A stretch of DNA of 64,000 nt from an uncultured Lachnospiraceae bacterium (lineage in GTDB: Bacteria > Bacillota > Clostridia > Lachnospirales > Lachnospiraceae). Numbering within the stretch: the first letter of the stretch is position 1; every line of letters starts with the position of its first letter. Position numbers and translations under genes: made by a program. Shown piece by piece: positions 47,079-57,549 of this stretch. Location: contig CANQPM010000016.1 in the NCBI GenBank assembly GCA_947625775.1, positions 5,963 through 69,962 on the forward strand, given 5' to 3'. The notes beneath the pieces are model-generated. The model ran no database searches. It saw nothing but the letters and a program-made list of their open reading frames with translations, and was not told where the DNA came from.

Positions 47079-48654
47079 AACCCGGCCAGGCTCCAATCTG
47101 CTCGATTTTATATCAAATACCGCCCTGCCTTTATTTAAAGAGGGAAAAATAGAGGCTGTCTGCGCACTGCAGGAGGCGTTTGCGTTTGAAGACGAAAAGC
47201 AGCTCCATATTGAGATTGCAGACGCTTATGTGCATCTGCTGGCTGAGAACACAGTAAAGGGCTTGATTTACATTTCTGAAAACTGCCGCAATTCTATGTA
47301 CGGCTATTTTGATTTTAAGGGAAATGACTGGAAAAATACGGATATGTCAAGAAAACGCTTTGAGCATCTAAGCTGTGAACAGTATATTGCCGTGTTAAAG
47401 CTTGGCACATTCCATTCAGACGGCTACTGCCGCCAAAGGTGCATGGAGGAGCTTGCGGCGTATTCGGGGGCGCTGCCGTTTTTTATATTGAGAATGAATG
47501 ACTGGGTGGAGAAGATAAGGGGCAGGGCGTATGTCCTTGCGCTTGGACAGCTTGAGCGCTGTGACATATATGAGCTTTTATATTCTATTCCTATGATCGA
47601 TAAGCTGAGAGACTCGGGAAGGCGTGACAGGGAATGTCTGCAGAAGCTTGAAGAACTTTTTGCGAAAAGCATTATCAAAAAAATGCCAGAGATAGAGCTT
47701 TGCGAAGTGCATACATATGAGGCTGCGATAAAAAATGCTGTTTACCGTTTCATAAATAAAAATCAACTGTTATCTAATGAGGCAATGAATACGCTTTTGG
47801 ACTGTGAGAAGGAAAGCTATGGAAAACGTTTGATAACGCTTGGTATTTTTAAACATTACGACTGCAGCTTTGCCCAGATACAAAAATATCTTGAAAATAA
47901 AAGCACTGTGGTGCGCTGCGAGGCGCTTGTATATTGGTATTATACAAGGGCAAAAGAGCCTTGGGAGGGCTTGAAGCGGCTCTTGATGGATAAGACGAAA
48001 AGGATAAGGCTTGAAACGGCGTATATTCTCAAAAAACATGATGTGCTTGAGCCGATAGAATATTACAGGGGGAAGCTTAAAGGGAACGTGGACGCGGCTG
48101 CTTTGTATGGCATAGGCGAACAGGGAAAGCAGGAGGATATAAGCCTGTTGGAGCCGTATCTTGAATGTAGTGATGAGCGCTTGGCAAAGGCTGCGCTGTC
48201 GTCGTATTTAAGCCTTGCGGGCGAGGAAGGAGCGGATATCTGCTGGAAATATCTGACTGGTGACCGCGCTGTCTTCAGAAAAACAGCATATCTTGCAGCC
48301 AAACGGCATAATATTCATTACGGTTCTAAGCGCTTATATGATGAGATTTTGAAAAGTAAAGATGAGATGGCAAAGAATTATCTTATAAAGCTTATATGCA
48401 TAGAGCCATCAACATGGGAACGCCTGCCGTATCTGTTAAGGCTGTGGGGCAGCAGCAGTCAGGCGGCAGAGCAGAATATGCAAGCCGTTTATGCTGCGAT
48501 AGGCAAAAGAAGTATGTGGGCAAAGGTAACGCGTGAAAATGCAGAGGAAATAAAACAGGCATTGGCAGATATAGAATATTCTGTAAAATATAAGGAGGGG
48601 TACAATCAGATAAAAAAACAGATATTATTTGAATTGAAGCATGTGACGGTTTAG
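46996..48654 (+). CDS. HEAT/ARM-like helical repeat protein (hypothetical)
   Basis: All-helical repetitive sequence (VRCEALVYWYY, IRLETAYILKKH, RLAKAALSSYLSLAG). ATG 46996 follows AAGGAGG. An alternative TTG start lies at 46957. Confidence 0.55.
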   Translation: MLKIFNNMQRFKGINKEADITLKTFDYKTRPGSNLLDFISNTALPLFKEGKIEAVCALQEAFAFEDEKQLHIEIADAYVHLLAENTVKGLIYISENCRNSMYGYFDFKGNDWKNTDMSRKRFEHLSCEQYIAVLKLGTFHSDGYCRQRCMEELAAYSGALPFFILRMNDWVEKIRGRAYVLALGQLERCDIYELLYSIPMIDKLRDSGRRDRECLQKLEELFAKSIIKKMPEIELCEVHTYEAAIKNAVYRFINKNQLLSNEAMNTLLDCEKESYGKRLITLGIFKHYDCSFAQIQKYLENKSTVVRCEALVYWYYTRAKEPWEGLKRLLMDKTKRIRLETAYILKKHDVLEPIEYYRGKLKGNVDAAALYGIGEQGKQEDISLLEPYLECSDERLAKAALSSYLSLAGEEGADICWKYLTGDRAVFRKTAYLAAKRHNIHYGSKRLYDEILKSKDEMAKNYLIKLICIEPSTWERLPYLLRLWGSSSQAAEQNMQAVYAAIGKRSMWAKVTRENAEEIKQALADIEYSVKYKEGYNQIKKQILFELKHVTV

Positions 48655-48750
48655 AATTTATCATTATGCTGCAGGCTGTCATGCTGTGCTGTGCAAAGAA
48701 AATAAGAAAAAATAAGAGAAAATAGGAGAAATTACCCAATCAAACAAAAA

Positions 48751-48786
48751 AACAGCCGTTATTTTGAACAAACAATAACAGCTGTT
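48751..48786. terminator. bidirectional terminator (pyrG and the HEAT-like gene)
   Basis: AACAGCCGTTATT...AATAACAGCTGTT stem flanked by an A-run and a T-run. Confidence 0.55.
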
Positions 48787-48837
48787 TTTAATACCAAAAA
48801 AATTTTTGCGCTTTCCAGGCAAAATCCTGCTAAATAA

Positions 48838-50445
48838 CTAATGTTTTTTATATTCAATCGCCGCCTCAATAAATCCTCTGAAAAGCGGGTGCGGCCTGTT
48901 GGGACGGCTCTTTAATTCGGGGTGCGCCTGCGTAGCAATAAAGAACGGGTGATTGGGAATTTCAACCATTTCCACTATGCGGCCGTCAGGCGAAAGCCCT
49001 GATAAAAGCATACCCTTTTCCGTGATGGCGGCGCGGTAATCATTGTTTACCTCATAGCGGTGCCTGTGGCGTTCGTTGATGACTTCGCTGCCGTAAAGCT
49101 TGTACGCCTTTGAGCTGGGATTGAGGTGGCACGGATATGAGCCAAGCCTTAAAGTGCCGCCGATGTCCTCCACGCCGTTCTGGTCTGGCATAAGCGCGAT
49201 GACAGGGTGCGTCGTATTGGGATCGAGCTCTACGCTGTGGGCGTCGTGATAGCCTACCACATTTCTAGCAAACTCCACGATTGAAAGCTGCATGCCAAGG
49301 CACAGACCGAGGAACGGGATATTATTTTCACGTGCGTATTTTATCGCGTAGATCATGCCGTCTATTCCCCTGTCGCCAAAGCCGCCTGGGACAAGCACGC
49401 CGTTTACGTCTTTAAGCGTGTCCGCGACATTTTCGGGGGTTACAAGCTCTGAATCAACCCACTTTATATTGACAGTCGAGTGCTGCGGAATACCGCCGTG
49501 CTTTAGCGCTTCGACAACGCTTATATATGCATCGTGGAGCTGCGTGTATTTGCCGACAAGCGCGACAGTGACCTCTTGGGTGGGGCTCTTTAAGTCCTCC
49601 ACCATTTTTGTCCAGTCGTCAAGATCGGGCTCGGGACATTCAAGGTGCAGACATTCGCAGGCTACCTCGGCAAGATGCTCCTTTTCCATGGCAAGAGGGG
49701 CTTCATATAAATATTCCACGTCAAGGTTTTGGAGTACGTGGGAGTTTGGCACATTGCAGAAAAGGGCGATTTTATCCTTTATGCTCTGCTCAAGCTCGCG
49801 CTCGCTCCTGCATACGATAATGTCGGGCTGGATGCCCATGCCCTGCAGCTCCTTTACGCTTGCCTGTGTGGGCTTGGTTTTCATCTCCTGCGACGCGCGC
49901 AGATACGGAATGAGCGTAACATGTATAAGGATAGCGTTTTCGCGCCCTACTTCGTGCTGGAACTGACGTATCGATTCCAGAAACGGCTGGCTTTCAATAT
50001 CGCCTACTGTGCCGCCCACCTCTATGATGGCTATGCGCATTTCGGGATCAGTGAAATTCCTGTAAAAGCGGCTTTTGATTTCATTTGTGATATGCGGAAT
50101 AACCTGTACAGTGCCTCCGCCGTAGTCGCCCCGTCTTTCCTTTTGAAGTACGGACCAGTACACCTTGCCTGTCGTGACGTTTGAATTTTTGTCAAGGCTT
50201 TCGTCGATAAAACGCTCGTAATGCCCTAAATCGAGGTCAGTCTCGGCGCCGTCGTCAGTGACGAATACCTCACCGTGCTGTATGGGATTCATAGTGCCCG
50301 GATCGATATTTATGTAAGGATCAAATTTCTGCATAGTCACCTTGTACCCCCTCGCTTTTAAAAGACGGCCGAGCGACGCGGCGGTGATGCCCTTTCCGAG
50401 CCCTGAAACAACTCCTCCCGTGACAAAAACATACTTTACCGGCAT
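48838..50445 (-). CDS. pyrG: CTP synthase
   Basis: [16 protein letters not shown]-terminus and the glutamine amidotransferase GLCLGMQ active site. Confidence 0.95.
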   Translation of the reverse strand: MPVKYVFVTGGVVSGLGKGITAASLGRLLKARGYKVTMQKFDPYINIDPGTMNPIQHGEVFVTDDGAETDLDLGHYERFIDESLDKNSNVTTGKVYWSVLQKERRGDYGGGTVQVIPHITNEIKSRFYRNFTDPEMRIAIIEVGGTVGDIESQPFLESIRQFQHEVGRENAILIHVTLIPYLRASQEMKTKPTQASVKELQGMGIQPDIIVCRSERELEQSIKDKIALFCNVPNSHVLQNLDVEYLYEAPLAMEKEHLAEVACECLHLECPEPDLDDWTKMVEDLKSPTQEVTVALVGKYTQLHDAYISVVEALKHGGIPQHSTVNIKWVDSELVTPENVADTLKDVNGVLVPGGFGDRGIDGMIYAIKYARENNIPFLGLCLGMQLSIVEFARNVVGYHDAHSVELDPNTTHPVIALMPDQNGVEDIGGTLRLGSYPCHLNPSSKAYKLYGSEVINERHRHRYEVNNDYRAAITEKGMLLSGLSPDGRIVEMVEIPNHPFFIATQAHPELKSRPNRPHPLFRGFIEAAIEYKKH

Positions 50446-50771
50446 AACTTTTCATTCCTTTCGTGATAATTAACGCTTTAAGCGTCTGTGAAAATTTTTC
50501 AAAATCTCCGTTGGGCGAGGTTTTTATAGTTTTATATATTCAAAAATTTCGAATGTATTTTCGCGGCAGCCTAAAGTATAAATACAATATATTTGCTTAT
50601 TATACAACAGTAAGGCATAAAAAATCTATAGTTTTTTACAAAATATTTATATATCTTAGGTTGATTTATGAACCTCAAATATCTATAATTAGAATTGAAT
50701 GTTTTTACTTTGGCAAGGTGAAAAATTTATAATATAACAGTACCCGATACGGAAAGGATATTCTAACAAAA

Positions 50772-53174
50772 ATGGACAACAATCAGTTAAACAACTATGA
50801 CAACAATTCAAACCGCGGCAATGGCGGCAACGGTCAGAACAACGGCAAAGGCAGCGGCGGCGGGCCAAACGGCGGCAAAGATCCCAAAAAGCAGAGCCTG
50901 CTTATTATGCTGATAGCGGCGCTGCTTTCGCTCCTGTGCATAAGCTATTTTATGCGCGCCGTGACTAACGCGACCAACAGGGTGATAAGCTATAATGAGT
51001 TTATCGACATGGTAGATGCGGGCGAGGTGGAGTCGGTAACAATCGAGTCGAACCAGATAGTTATTGAACCAAAGACAAGAGAGCCCGAGGAAGGTGTCTT
51101 TTACTATTACCAGCCGACGATTACCTACACTACGGGCAAGGTTGAGGAGGACGAAACGCTCACAAAGCGCCTTCTTGACGCGGGAGTGGAGGTAAACGGC
51201 ACCGTGCCTGACGGTTCGGGCATAATACTGTCGCTTTTGTATTACATTGTTCCTGTGCTGCTTATGTGGGGGCTTTTGAGCCTGCTGCTGCGCAAAATGA
51301 CGGGCGGCGGCGGAGCGTTCGGCATGGGTAAAAGTACGGCTAAGGTGTATGTGCAGAAGGAAACAGGCATTACCTTTAAGGACGTTGCGGGCGAGGACGA
51401 GGCGAAGGAGTCGCTGCAGGAGGTTGTGGATTTCCTGCATAATCCTGGAAAATACGCCAAAATAGGCGCGAAGCTGCCAAAGGGCGCTCTGCTTGTGGGA
51501 CCTCCTGGCACAGGTAAGACAATGCTTGCCAAGGCAGTGGCGGGTGAGGCGCATGTGCCGTTTTTCTCGCTTGCAGGCTCTGACTTTATCGAGCTGTATG
51601 TCGGCGTGGGCGCGTCGCGTGTGCGTGATTTGTTTAAAGAGGCGGAAAAAAATGCGCCGTGCATCATATTTATAGATGAGATTGACGCTATCGGGCGAAG
51701 CCGTGATTCAAAATACGGCGGCGGCAACGAGGAGCGCGAGCAGACGTTAAACCAGCTGCTTTCCGAGATGGACGGTTTTGACGGTAAGAACGGTATTATC
51801 ATACTGGCGGCGACAAACCGCCCTGAAATTCTCGATAAGGCGCTGCTGCGCCCAGGGCGCTTTGACAGGCGTATCATAGTGGATAAGCCGGACTTAAAGG
51901 GCAGAGTCAATATTTTAAAGGTTCACTCAAAAGACGTGCTGATGGACGAGACTGTGGATTTGGACGCTATCGCGCTTGCGACGAGCGGCGCTGTGGGCGC
52001 GGATCTTGCGAATATGATAAATGAGGCGGCAATCAACGCCGTAAAAGACGGCAGGGATTTTGTGAGCCAGAAGGACTTGTTTAATGCGGTAGAGGTGGTG
52101 CTTGTCGGCAAGGAAAAGAAGGACCGCATCATGAGCAAGGAGGAGCGCAGGATTGTGTCGTACCATGAGGTGGGGCATGCCCTTATAAGCGCGCTGCAAA
52201 AGAACTCGGAGCCTGTGCAGAAAATCACGATCGTGCCGCGCACAATGGGGGCGCTGGGTTATGTTATGCATGTGCCCGAAGACGAGAAATACCTCAATAC
52301 GCAGGCTGAGCTGCACGATATGATAGTAGGGCTTCTGGGAGGCCGCGCGGCGGAGGAGATAGTGTTTGACACAGTGACGACGGGCGCGTCAAATGATATC
52401 GAGAAGGCGACAAGCATAGCGCGTTCTATGGTTACACGATACGGCATGAGCAAGAAATTCGGGCTTATCGGTCTTGAAACGGTCGAGAGCCAGTACCTTG
52501 AAGGCAGGAGCGCGCTCAATTGCGCGGACAATACGGCTGCGGAGATAGACGCCGAGGTTATGAAGCTTTTGAAGGAGGCGTATGACGAGGCGCTTGCGCT
52601 GCTTAAGGACAACCGCGACGTGATGGACAAAATCGCCGCGCATCTGATAGAAAAGGAGACAATTACAGGAAAGGAGTTTATGAAGATTTTCCGCGAGGCG
52701 AAGGGGCTGCCTGAGCCAGAGGAAAAGACTGACGAGGCGGAGAAGGCGGATACGGCAGACAATGCGCAGAGCGGGGAAAATGCAAAGGCGGACGATAAGC
52801 CGCAGACAGAGGAAAATGCGGAAACGTCGGAAACGCCAGATGTGACTGACATGCAGCCTAAGCCGCAGCCGACGGGAGTTTATGTTGGCGGAGCGGGATT
52901 TTCAGCAGCTTTAAATAATGCTGAAAATGGCGTTAGCGGCAATATTGGCGGAAAAAATAGTAGTGAAAGCGATAATGATGGCAGCGACAGCGGCAATAGC
53001 AACAACAGTGGTGACAGTGACAACAGCAATAATAACAATAGTAATGACAGCTCTGATAATGGTGGCATCAATTACGGATTTGACAGCGGCAAAGATGTGA
53101 GTGGCGGCAAGAAGGAGGAAGGCTCAAAATTTGGCGCAGTCTGGGAGCGGAATATAAACGGGGACAGAAATTAA
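50772..53174 (+). CDS. ftsH: ATP-dependent zinc metalloprotease FtsH with long low-complexity C-terminal tail
   Basis: Walker A GPPGTGKT, Walker B IIFIDEIDA, second region of homology (SRH) motif, zinc site HEVGHAL. The last ~160 aa are Asn/Ser/Asp/Gly-rich. Confidence 0.95.
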   Translation: MDNNQLNNYDNNSNRGNGGNGQNNGKGSGGGPNGGKDPKKQSLLIMLIAALLSLLCISYFMRAVTNATNRVISYNEFIDMVDAGEVESVTIESNQIVIEPKTREPEEGVFYYYQPTITYTTGKVEEDETLTKRLLDAGVEVNGTVPDGSGIILSLLYYIVPVLLMWGLLSLLLRKMTGGGGAFGMGKSTAKVYVQKETGITFKDVAGEDEAKESLQEVVDFLHNPGKYAKIGAKLPKGALLVGPPGTGKTMLAKAVAGEAHVPFFSLAGSDFIELYVGVGASRVRDLFKEAEKNAPCIIFIDEIDAIGRSRDSKYGGGNEEREQTLNQLLSEMDGFDGKNGIIILAATNRPEILDKALLRPGRFDRRIIVDKPDLKGRVNILKVHSKDVLMDETVDLDAIALATSGAVGADLANMINEAAINAVKDGRDFVSQKDLFNAVEVVLVGKEKKDRIMSKEERRIVSYHEVGHALISALQKNSEPVQKITIVPRTMGALGYVMHVPEDEKYLNTQAELHDMIVGLLGGRAAEEIVFDTVTTGASNDIEKATSIARSMVTRYGMSKKFGLIGLETVESQYLEGRSALNCADNTAAEIDAEVMKLLKEAYDEALALLKDNRDVMDKIAAHLIEKETITGKEFMKIFREAKGLPEPEEKTDEAEKADTADNAQSGENAKADDKPQTEENAETSETPDVTDMQPKPQPTGVYVGGAGFSAALNNAENGVSGNIGGKNSSESDNDGSDSGNSNNSGDSDNSNNNNSNDSSDNGGINYGFDSGKDVSGGKKEEGSKFGAVWERNINGDRN

Positions 53175-53192
53175 AATTATAAAGCATTGGTT

Positions 53193-53327
53193 ATACACCC
53201 CATAAAGACCTTTGAAAAGCGGCGGCGTTCGGCAGGACATTAGCGTTGCTGGTGTCTTTGCGTTAAGCGCAGTCAGTTTGCGTTTTTTGCGTTTACGCTT
53301 GATTTTAAGGTCTAAGTGGGGTGTATG
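53193..53327. repeat. inverted-repeat-bounded 135-bp element
   Basis: ATACACCCCATAAAGACCT (53193-53211) pairs with AGGTCTAAGTGGGGTGTAT (53309-53327), 16/19 complementary. The interior has repeated TTGCGTT motifs. Confidence 0.5.
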
Positions 53328-53427
53328 GCTGTGGACACCTGATTTGGCTGTGGAAGGATTGTTTATATATGCGATTGTGCCTGCTGTTTTGCATAGTTGC
53401 GTGTGTCCGTTTTGTCTGCGGAAAGTA

Positions 53428-53595
53428 TAGCTTTGAGGTATGAGGTAAAATATGTTTGAGGAAAAGGAGTTTGACATAAAGTAGGAGTTTGCCAAGCTTC
53501 CCAATTGGCTAAGTAAAGCTTAGCTTTGAGATATGAGGTAAAATATGTCTGAGGAAAAGGAATTTGACATAAAGGAGGAGCTTGCCAAGCTTCCA
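53428..53595 (+). repeat. 93-bp-period tandem duplication of the uvrC translation-initiation region
   Basis: The copy at 53428-53502 and the copy at 53521-53595 differ at 5 of 75 nt by my count. The upstream copy keeps the SD and ATG (53452) but has TAG at codon 11. Confidence 0.85.
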
Positions 53596-55422
53596 AAAAA
53601 GCCGGGAGTATATATTATGCGCGGCGCGGACGACGACATTCTCTATGTGGGAAAGGCGAAAATCCTGCACAACCGTGTCCGCTCTTATTTCAAGGAAAAT
53701 ATCGGCAGAGGCCCGCAGATTGACAAAATGGTGTCGCTTATCGCGCGTTTTGAGTACATAGTGACTGACTCGGAGCTTGAGGCGCTTGTGCTTGAGAACA
53801 ACCTTATAAAAGAGTACAGCCCTAAGTACAACACTCTGCTTAAGGACGACAAAACATATCCTTATATAAAGGTCACTCTAGGCGAGGATTATCCGCGCAT
53901 TATGCTTGTGCGCAAAATGAAAAAGGACAAGGCAAGGTACTTCGGACCTTTTACGAGCGGCGGGGTAAAGGAAACGATAGACCTTATAAACAAGCTTTAT
54001 CTGATTAGGACATGCCGTCGCAGCCTGCCGAAGGATTTCGGAAAGGAGCGCCCGTGCCTTAATTATCACATCAGCCAGTGCTGTGCGCCGTGCCAGGGGA
54101 ATATTTCAAAGGAGGACTACGCGCACAGGATAGAGCAGGCGATAGACTTTCTGAATGGAAAGCATCAGCCAATCGTCAAGGAATTAAAGGAAAAAATGCA
54201 GAAGGCTTCCGAAAATATGGATTTTGAGGAGGCGATAAAATACCGTGATTTGATTGAGAGCATCAAGAAAATCAGCGAAACGCAGAAGATGTCCGACAAC
54301 GCGGGCGAGGACAAGGACATTATCGCGCTTGCGATAGACGGCAATGAGACAGTGGTTCAGGTGTTTTTCCTGAGAAACGGCAGGCTTATCGGCAGGGAGC
54401 ATTTTTATATGACACAGGTGGAGGAGCCGTCGGCGGGCGGCATACTTACAAGCTTTGTCAAGCAGTTTTACGCGGGTACGCCGTTTATACCGCGTGAGAT
54501 TATGCTGCAGGAGCCGATAGAGGACATGGAGCTTGTGGAGCAGTGGCTTACTGACAAAAAGGGCGGCAGGGTGCATTTGAGAGTGCCGCTAAAAGGCGAT
54601 AAGGAAAAGCTTGTCGATCTGGCGGCAAAAAACGCGCAGCTTGTATTGAGCCAGGACAGGGAGCGCATACGCCGCGAGGAGGGCAGGACAATCGGCGCGG
54701 TGAAGGAAATAGAGGATATTCTCGGCATAAGCCCGCTTACGCGCATGGAGGCGTTTGACATTTCCAATACGAGCGGTTTTGCAAATGTCGGCTCTATGGT
54801 GGTGTACGAGAAGGGCAAGCCAAAGCGCAGCGATTACAGGAAATTCCGCATGAAGACTGTGGCGGGGCCTGATGATTACGCCTGCATGCGGGAGGTGCTT
54901 ACGAGGCGTTTTACGCATGGGCTTGATGAGAGGAAAGAGGCTGACGAGCGTTTTGGCAGCTTTACGCGCTTTCCCGATTTGCTTTTGATGGACGGCGGGC
55001 GCGGGCAGGTAAATGTCGCTTTGCAGGTGCTTGATGAGCTTGGGATTGATATTCCCGTGTGCGGCATGGTGAAGGACGACAGCCACAATACAAGGGGGCT
55101 TTATTTTAACAACAGGGAGCTGCCAATCGACAAGCACAGCGAGGGTTTCAAGCTTATCACGCGTATTCAGGACGAGGCGCACAGGTTTGCAATCACTTAT
55201 CACAGGTCGCTTAGGAGCAAGGCGCAGATTCATTCAGTGCTTGACGAGATTAGCGGCGTAGGCCCCAGCAGGAGAAAGGCGCTGATGAGGCATTTTAAGT
55301 CGATTGAAGAACTGAAGGCGGCTGATGTTGGGGAGCTTTCGGCGGTTGAAGGAATTAGCGAGAGAGTGGCGAAGGAGATTTATGAGTTTTTTCATGATGG
55401 TGATGAACGGGAGGAGGGTTGA
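53545..55422 (+). CDS. uvrC: excinuclease ABC subunit C
   Basis: GIY-YIG (GVYIMR...ILYVGKA), UVR domain, RNase H-like endonuclease domain and C-terminal (HhH)2. Confidence 0.95.
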   Translation: MSEEKEFDIKEELAKLPKKPGVYIMRGADDDILYVGKAKILHNRVRSYFKENIGRGPQIDKMVSLIARFEYIVTDSELEALVLENNLIKEYSPKYNTLLKDDKTYPYIKVTLGEDYPRIMLVRKMKKDKARYFGPFTSGGVKETIDLINKLYLIRTCRRSLPKDFGKERPCLNYHISQCCAPCQGNISKEDYAHRIEQAIDFLNGKHQPIVKELKEKMQKASENMDFEEAIKYRDLIESIKKISETQKMSDNAGEDKDIIALAIDGNETVVQVFFLRNGRLIGREHFYMTQVEEPSAGGILTSFVKQFYAGTPFIPREIMLQEPIEDMELVEQWLTDKKGGRVHLRVPLKGDKEKLVDLAAKNAQLVLSQDRERIRREEGRTIGAVKEIEDILGISPLTRMEAFDISNTSGFANVGSMVVYEKGKPKRSDYRKFRMKTVAGPDDYACMREVLTRRFTHGLDERKEADERFGSFTRFPDLLLMDGGRGQVNVALQVLDELGIDIPVCGMVKDDSHNTRGLYFNNRELPIDKHSEGFKLITRIQDEAHRFAITYHRSLRSKAQIHSVLDEISGVGPSRRKALMRHFKSIEELKAADVGELSAVEGISERVAKEIYEFFHDGDEREEG

Positions 55423-55424
55423 TA

Positions 55425-56258
55425 ATGGAGTTGAATTCAGAATTTAAAGGTCTTGTTGAGGACGCGGTAAAATTGGCTGAGCGGATGGGAAGAACACTTG
55501 ACTACACAAGAGAGAGCATCAGGAGCGTGGATGATATTCTTTTGGCTTATCATCATAGTCTTGATAAATTTGACAGTGATGATGACAAGGATTTTTTATG
55601 GGACTTGGCATATACGTTTGGAATATATGTCGGGGAGGTAATGCTGCGTTCTGGTCTTGCTGAAAAGGGCTTTATGTGGGATTATGACGATAAGGGCGAC
55701 GGGATTCCTGTACTCAATAATTCGGATGATAAAAATAAAATTAAGGCTTCGCCTGTCACAAAGGCGCATAAGTGCATTATGAACGGTGAGGATGACATCA
55801 TGGAGACTTTTGCCGATGTGATATTTTCCCTTGCAAATAGCGGCAAAATGCCAAAGACGGGAGTGCAGAGGGCGCCTGATGTTGAGACAGGCAGCGGTAA
55901 AATAATCGAGAAGGTGGCTCTCAAAGAAACGGATTATTTTATAGACATTGTTGCGAAGGGCGAGGAGGATTTTGTGATTTTTAAATCTCATGACGGCTTT
56001 TTGCAGTTTTACGGTATCGGCAATCAATTCATATGTGAGGCATGGTTTACTTTGGAAGGCCGCAGGGCGTATCAGATGATTAATCCAAGCTGTGCAAATC
56101 GTGAGCGTGTAAGATTTGTCATGCCGTATGGCGAATATACGCCGAGAGAGCGGGATATTATTTCGCGTGAACAGCTTGAATTTGCGGTGCGGGAGTATTT
56201 TTCCAATTTAGACGAGGCGGATTTTCTTGAAAAAGTGCCGCATGAAGATTGTGAGTGA
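55425..56258 (+). CDS. hypothetical protein
   Basis: 277-aa ORF starting 3 nt after the uvrC stop; no recognisable motif. Confidence 0.5.
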   Translation: MELNSEFKGLVEDAVKLAERMGRTLDYTRESIRSVDDILLAYHHSLDKFDSDDDKDFLWDLAYTFGIYVGEVMLRSGLAEKGFMWDYDDKGDGIPVLNNSDDKNKIKASPVTKAHKCIMNGEDDIMETFADVIFSLANSGKMPKTGVQRAPDVETGSGKIIEKVALKETDYFIDIVAKGEEDFVIFKSHDGFLQFYGIGNQFICEAWFTLEGRRAYQMINPSCANRERVRFVMPYGEYTPRERDIISREQLEFAVREYFSNLDEADFLEKVPHEDCE

Positions 56259-56375
56259 TGCTTATCGTTGCAGCAGATTAATATATTGTTAAGCAAATTA
56301 AATTCCTTGCAAAAAAGTATAAAGAGTTATAAAATAAAATAAAAAGCATAAAAAAGTATAAAGAGGTATGCCAAT

Positions 56376-57440
56376 ATGCAAAATCCTTTTACAACGACAT
56401 TCAGTAAAGCTCCAGAGTACACATATATAGCTACACCCAAGACAAGCGAGATTTTGGAAAATTTCAGTTATGAAAGTCCTTCGGAAGCTGTATACAAGAT
56501 TACGGGAGTCAGGGGTTCTGGTAAGACGGTAATCCTTGCCAAGATAGAGGAAGAATTGAGGAGCGATGCAAATAAAGAGAATGGCTGGCTTGTATTTGAC
56601 TTAAATCCTGCGAGGGATATGTTGGGACAAATCGCGGCAATGCTTCACAGGGAGGGATTTGGAAAGAGCAATACTAAAAATACAAGTGTTAATATTTCTG
56701 CAAATATTTTAGGAAGCGGCGGCGGTTTTGGATATTCAGCTGAAAAAGAGAATGAGTTTTTTGACATAGGCGTGGAAGTGGAAGCTATGCTTCAGCAGGC
56801 GCAGAAGAAAGGAAAGAAAATCCTTGTCGGTATTGATGAGGTATCGAAGACATCAGAAATGATAAAGCTTGCGTCTGAATACGGAAGGTGGCTTAGAGCT
56901 AACTATCCTGTGTATCTCGTGTGTACAGGGCTTTATGAAAATATACAGGAAGTCAGCAATGTTAAAAATCTTACTTTTTTCAGGAGAGCGGCAACGATAA
57001 AGACAGAGCCGCTTAACATGGTGAGAATGGCAGAAATGTACAAAAAGCAGCTTAATGTTGAGAGTGATGAGGCACGCAGAATGGCAAAAAGCACAAAGGG
57101 ATATGCCTATGCGTTTCAAGAGCTTGGCGTGCTGTATTTTAAGAAGAAAAGCACCGAAGGCTTAGAGGATATTATACCAGACTTAAAGGCAGAGTTATTT
57201 GCCTACTCGTATGAAAAGATATGGGAAGAAATGACAGAGACAGACAGATTTTTGGCATCGCTTCTTGTAGAAAAGGAAGAGTACAAAAGAGAAGAAGTAT
57301 TGGAGCTGATGGGCGACAGGGCAGGCAATTATTCTGTGTACAGGGACAGGTTAATCAAGCGCGGCATTTTAGAGAGCCGACAGGCGTATATATCCTTGGC
57401 ATTGCCGTATTTTGCGGATTATATAAAGGAATACTGCTAG
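56376..57440 (+). CDS. AAA+/P-loop ATP-binding protein (archaeal-ATPase/DUF234-like)
   Basis: Walker A ITGVRGSGKT, Walker B-like ILVGIDEV, C-terminal winged-helix-like region; lower GC than neighbours. Confidence 0.6.
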   Translation: MQNPFTTTFSKAPEYTYIATPKTSEILENFSYESPSEAVYKITGVRGSGKTVILAKIEEELRSDANKENGWLVFDLNPARDMLGQIAAMLHREGFGKSNTKNTSVNISANILGSGGGFGYSAEKENEFFDIGVEVEAMLQQAQKKGKKILVGIDEVSKTSEMIKLASEYGRWLRANYPVYLVCTGLYENIQEVSNVKNLTFFRRAATIKTEPLNMVRMAEMYKKQLNVESDEARRMAKSTKGYAYAFQELGVLYFKKKSTEGLEDIIPDLKAELFAYSYEKIWEEMTETDRFLASLLVEKEEYKREEVLELMGDRAGNYSVYRDRLIKRGILESRQAYISLALPYFADYIKEYC

Positions 57441-57549
57441 GCTGAGGAAATTTAAAAACATTGTTTTAATTTATGGAAACTATGAAAATATTCAACAATA
57501 AATGAAAAACAGCGCAAAAAGCGCACACAAAACGGAGGTAAGTGCAGTT

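Noticed and set aside
50463-50732. An 89-aa ORF in the pyrG-ftsH intergenic region.
   Set aside because: It lies in AT-rich promoter DNA between divergent genes. It has an implausible Ile/Tyr/Phe/Lys-rich translation and no RBS.
52689-53174. The low-complexity Asn/Ser/Asp/Gly-rich 3' end of ftsH could be a separate gene or a repeat element.
   Set aside because: It is continuous in frame with the FtsH protease domain with no internal start or RBS signal. I treat it as a disordered C-terminal tail.
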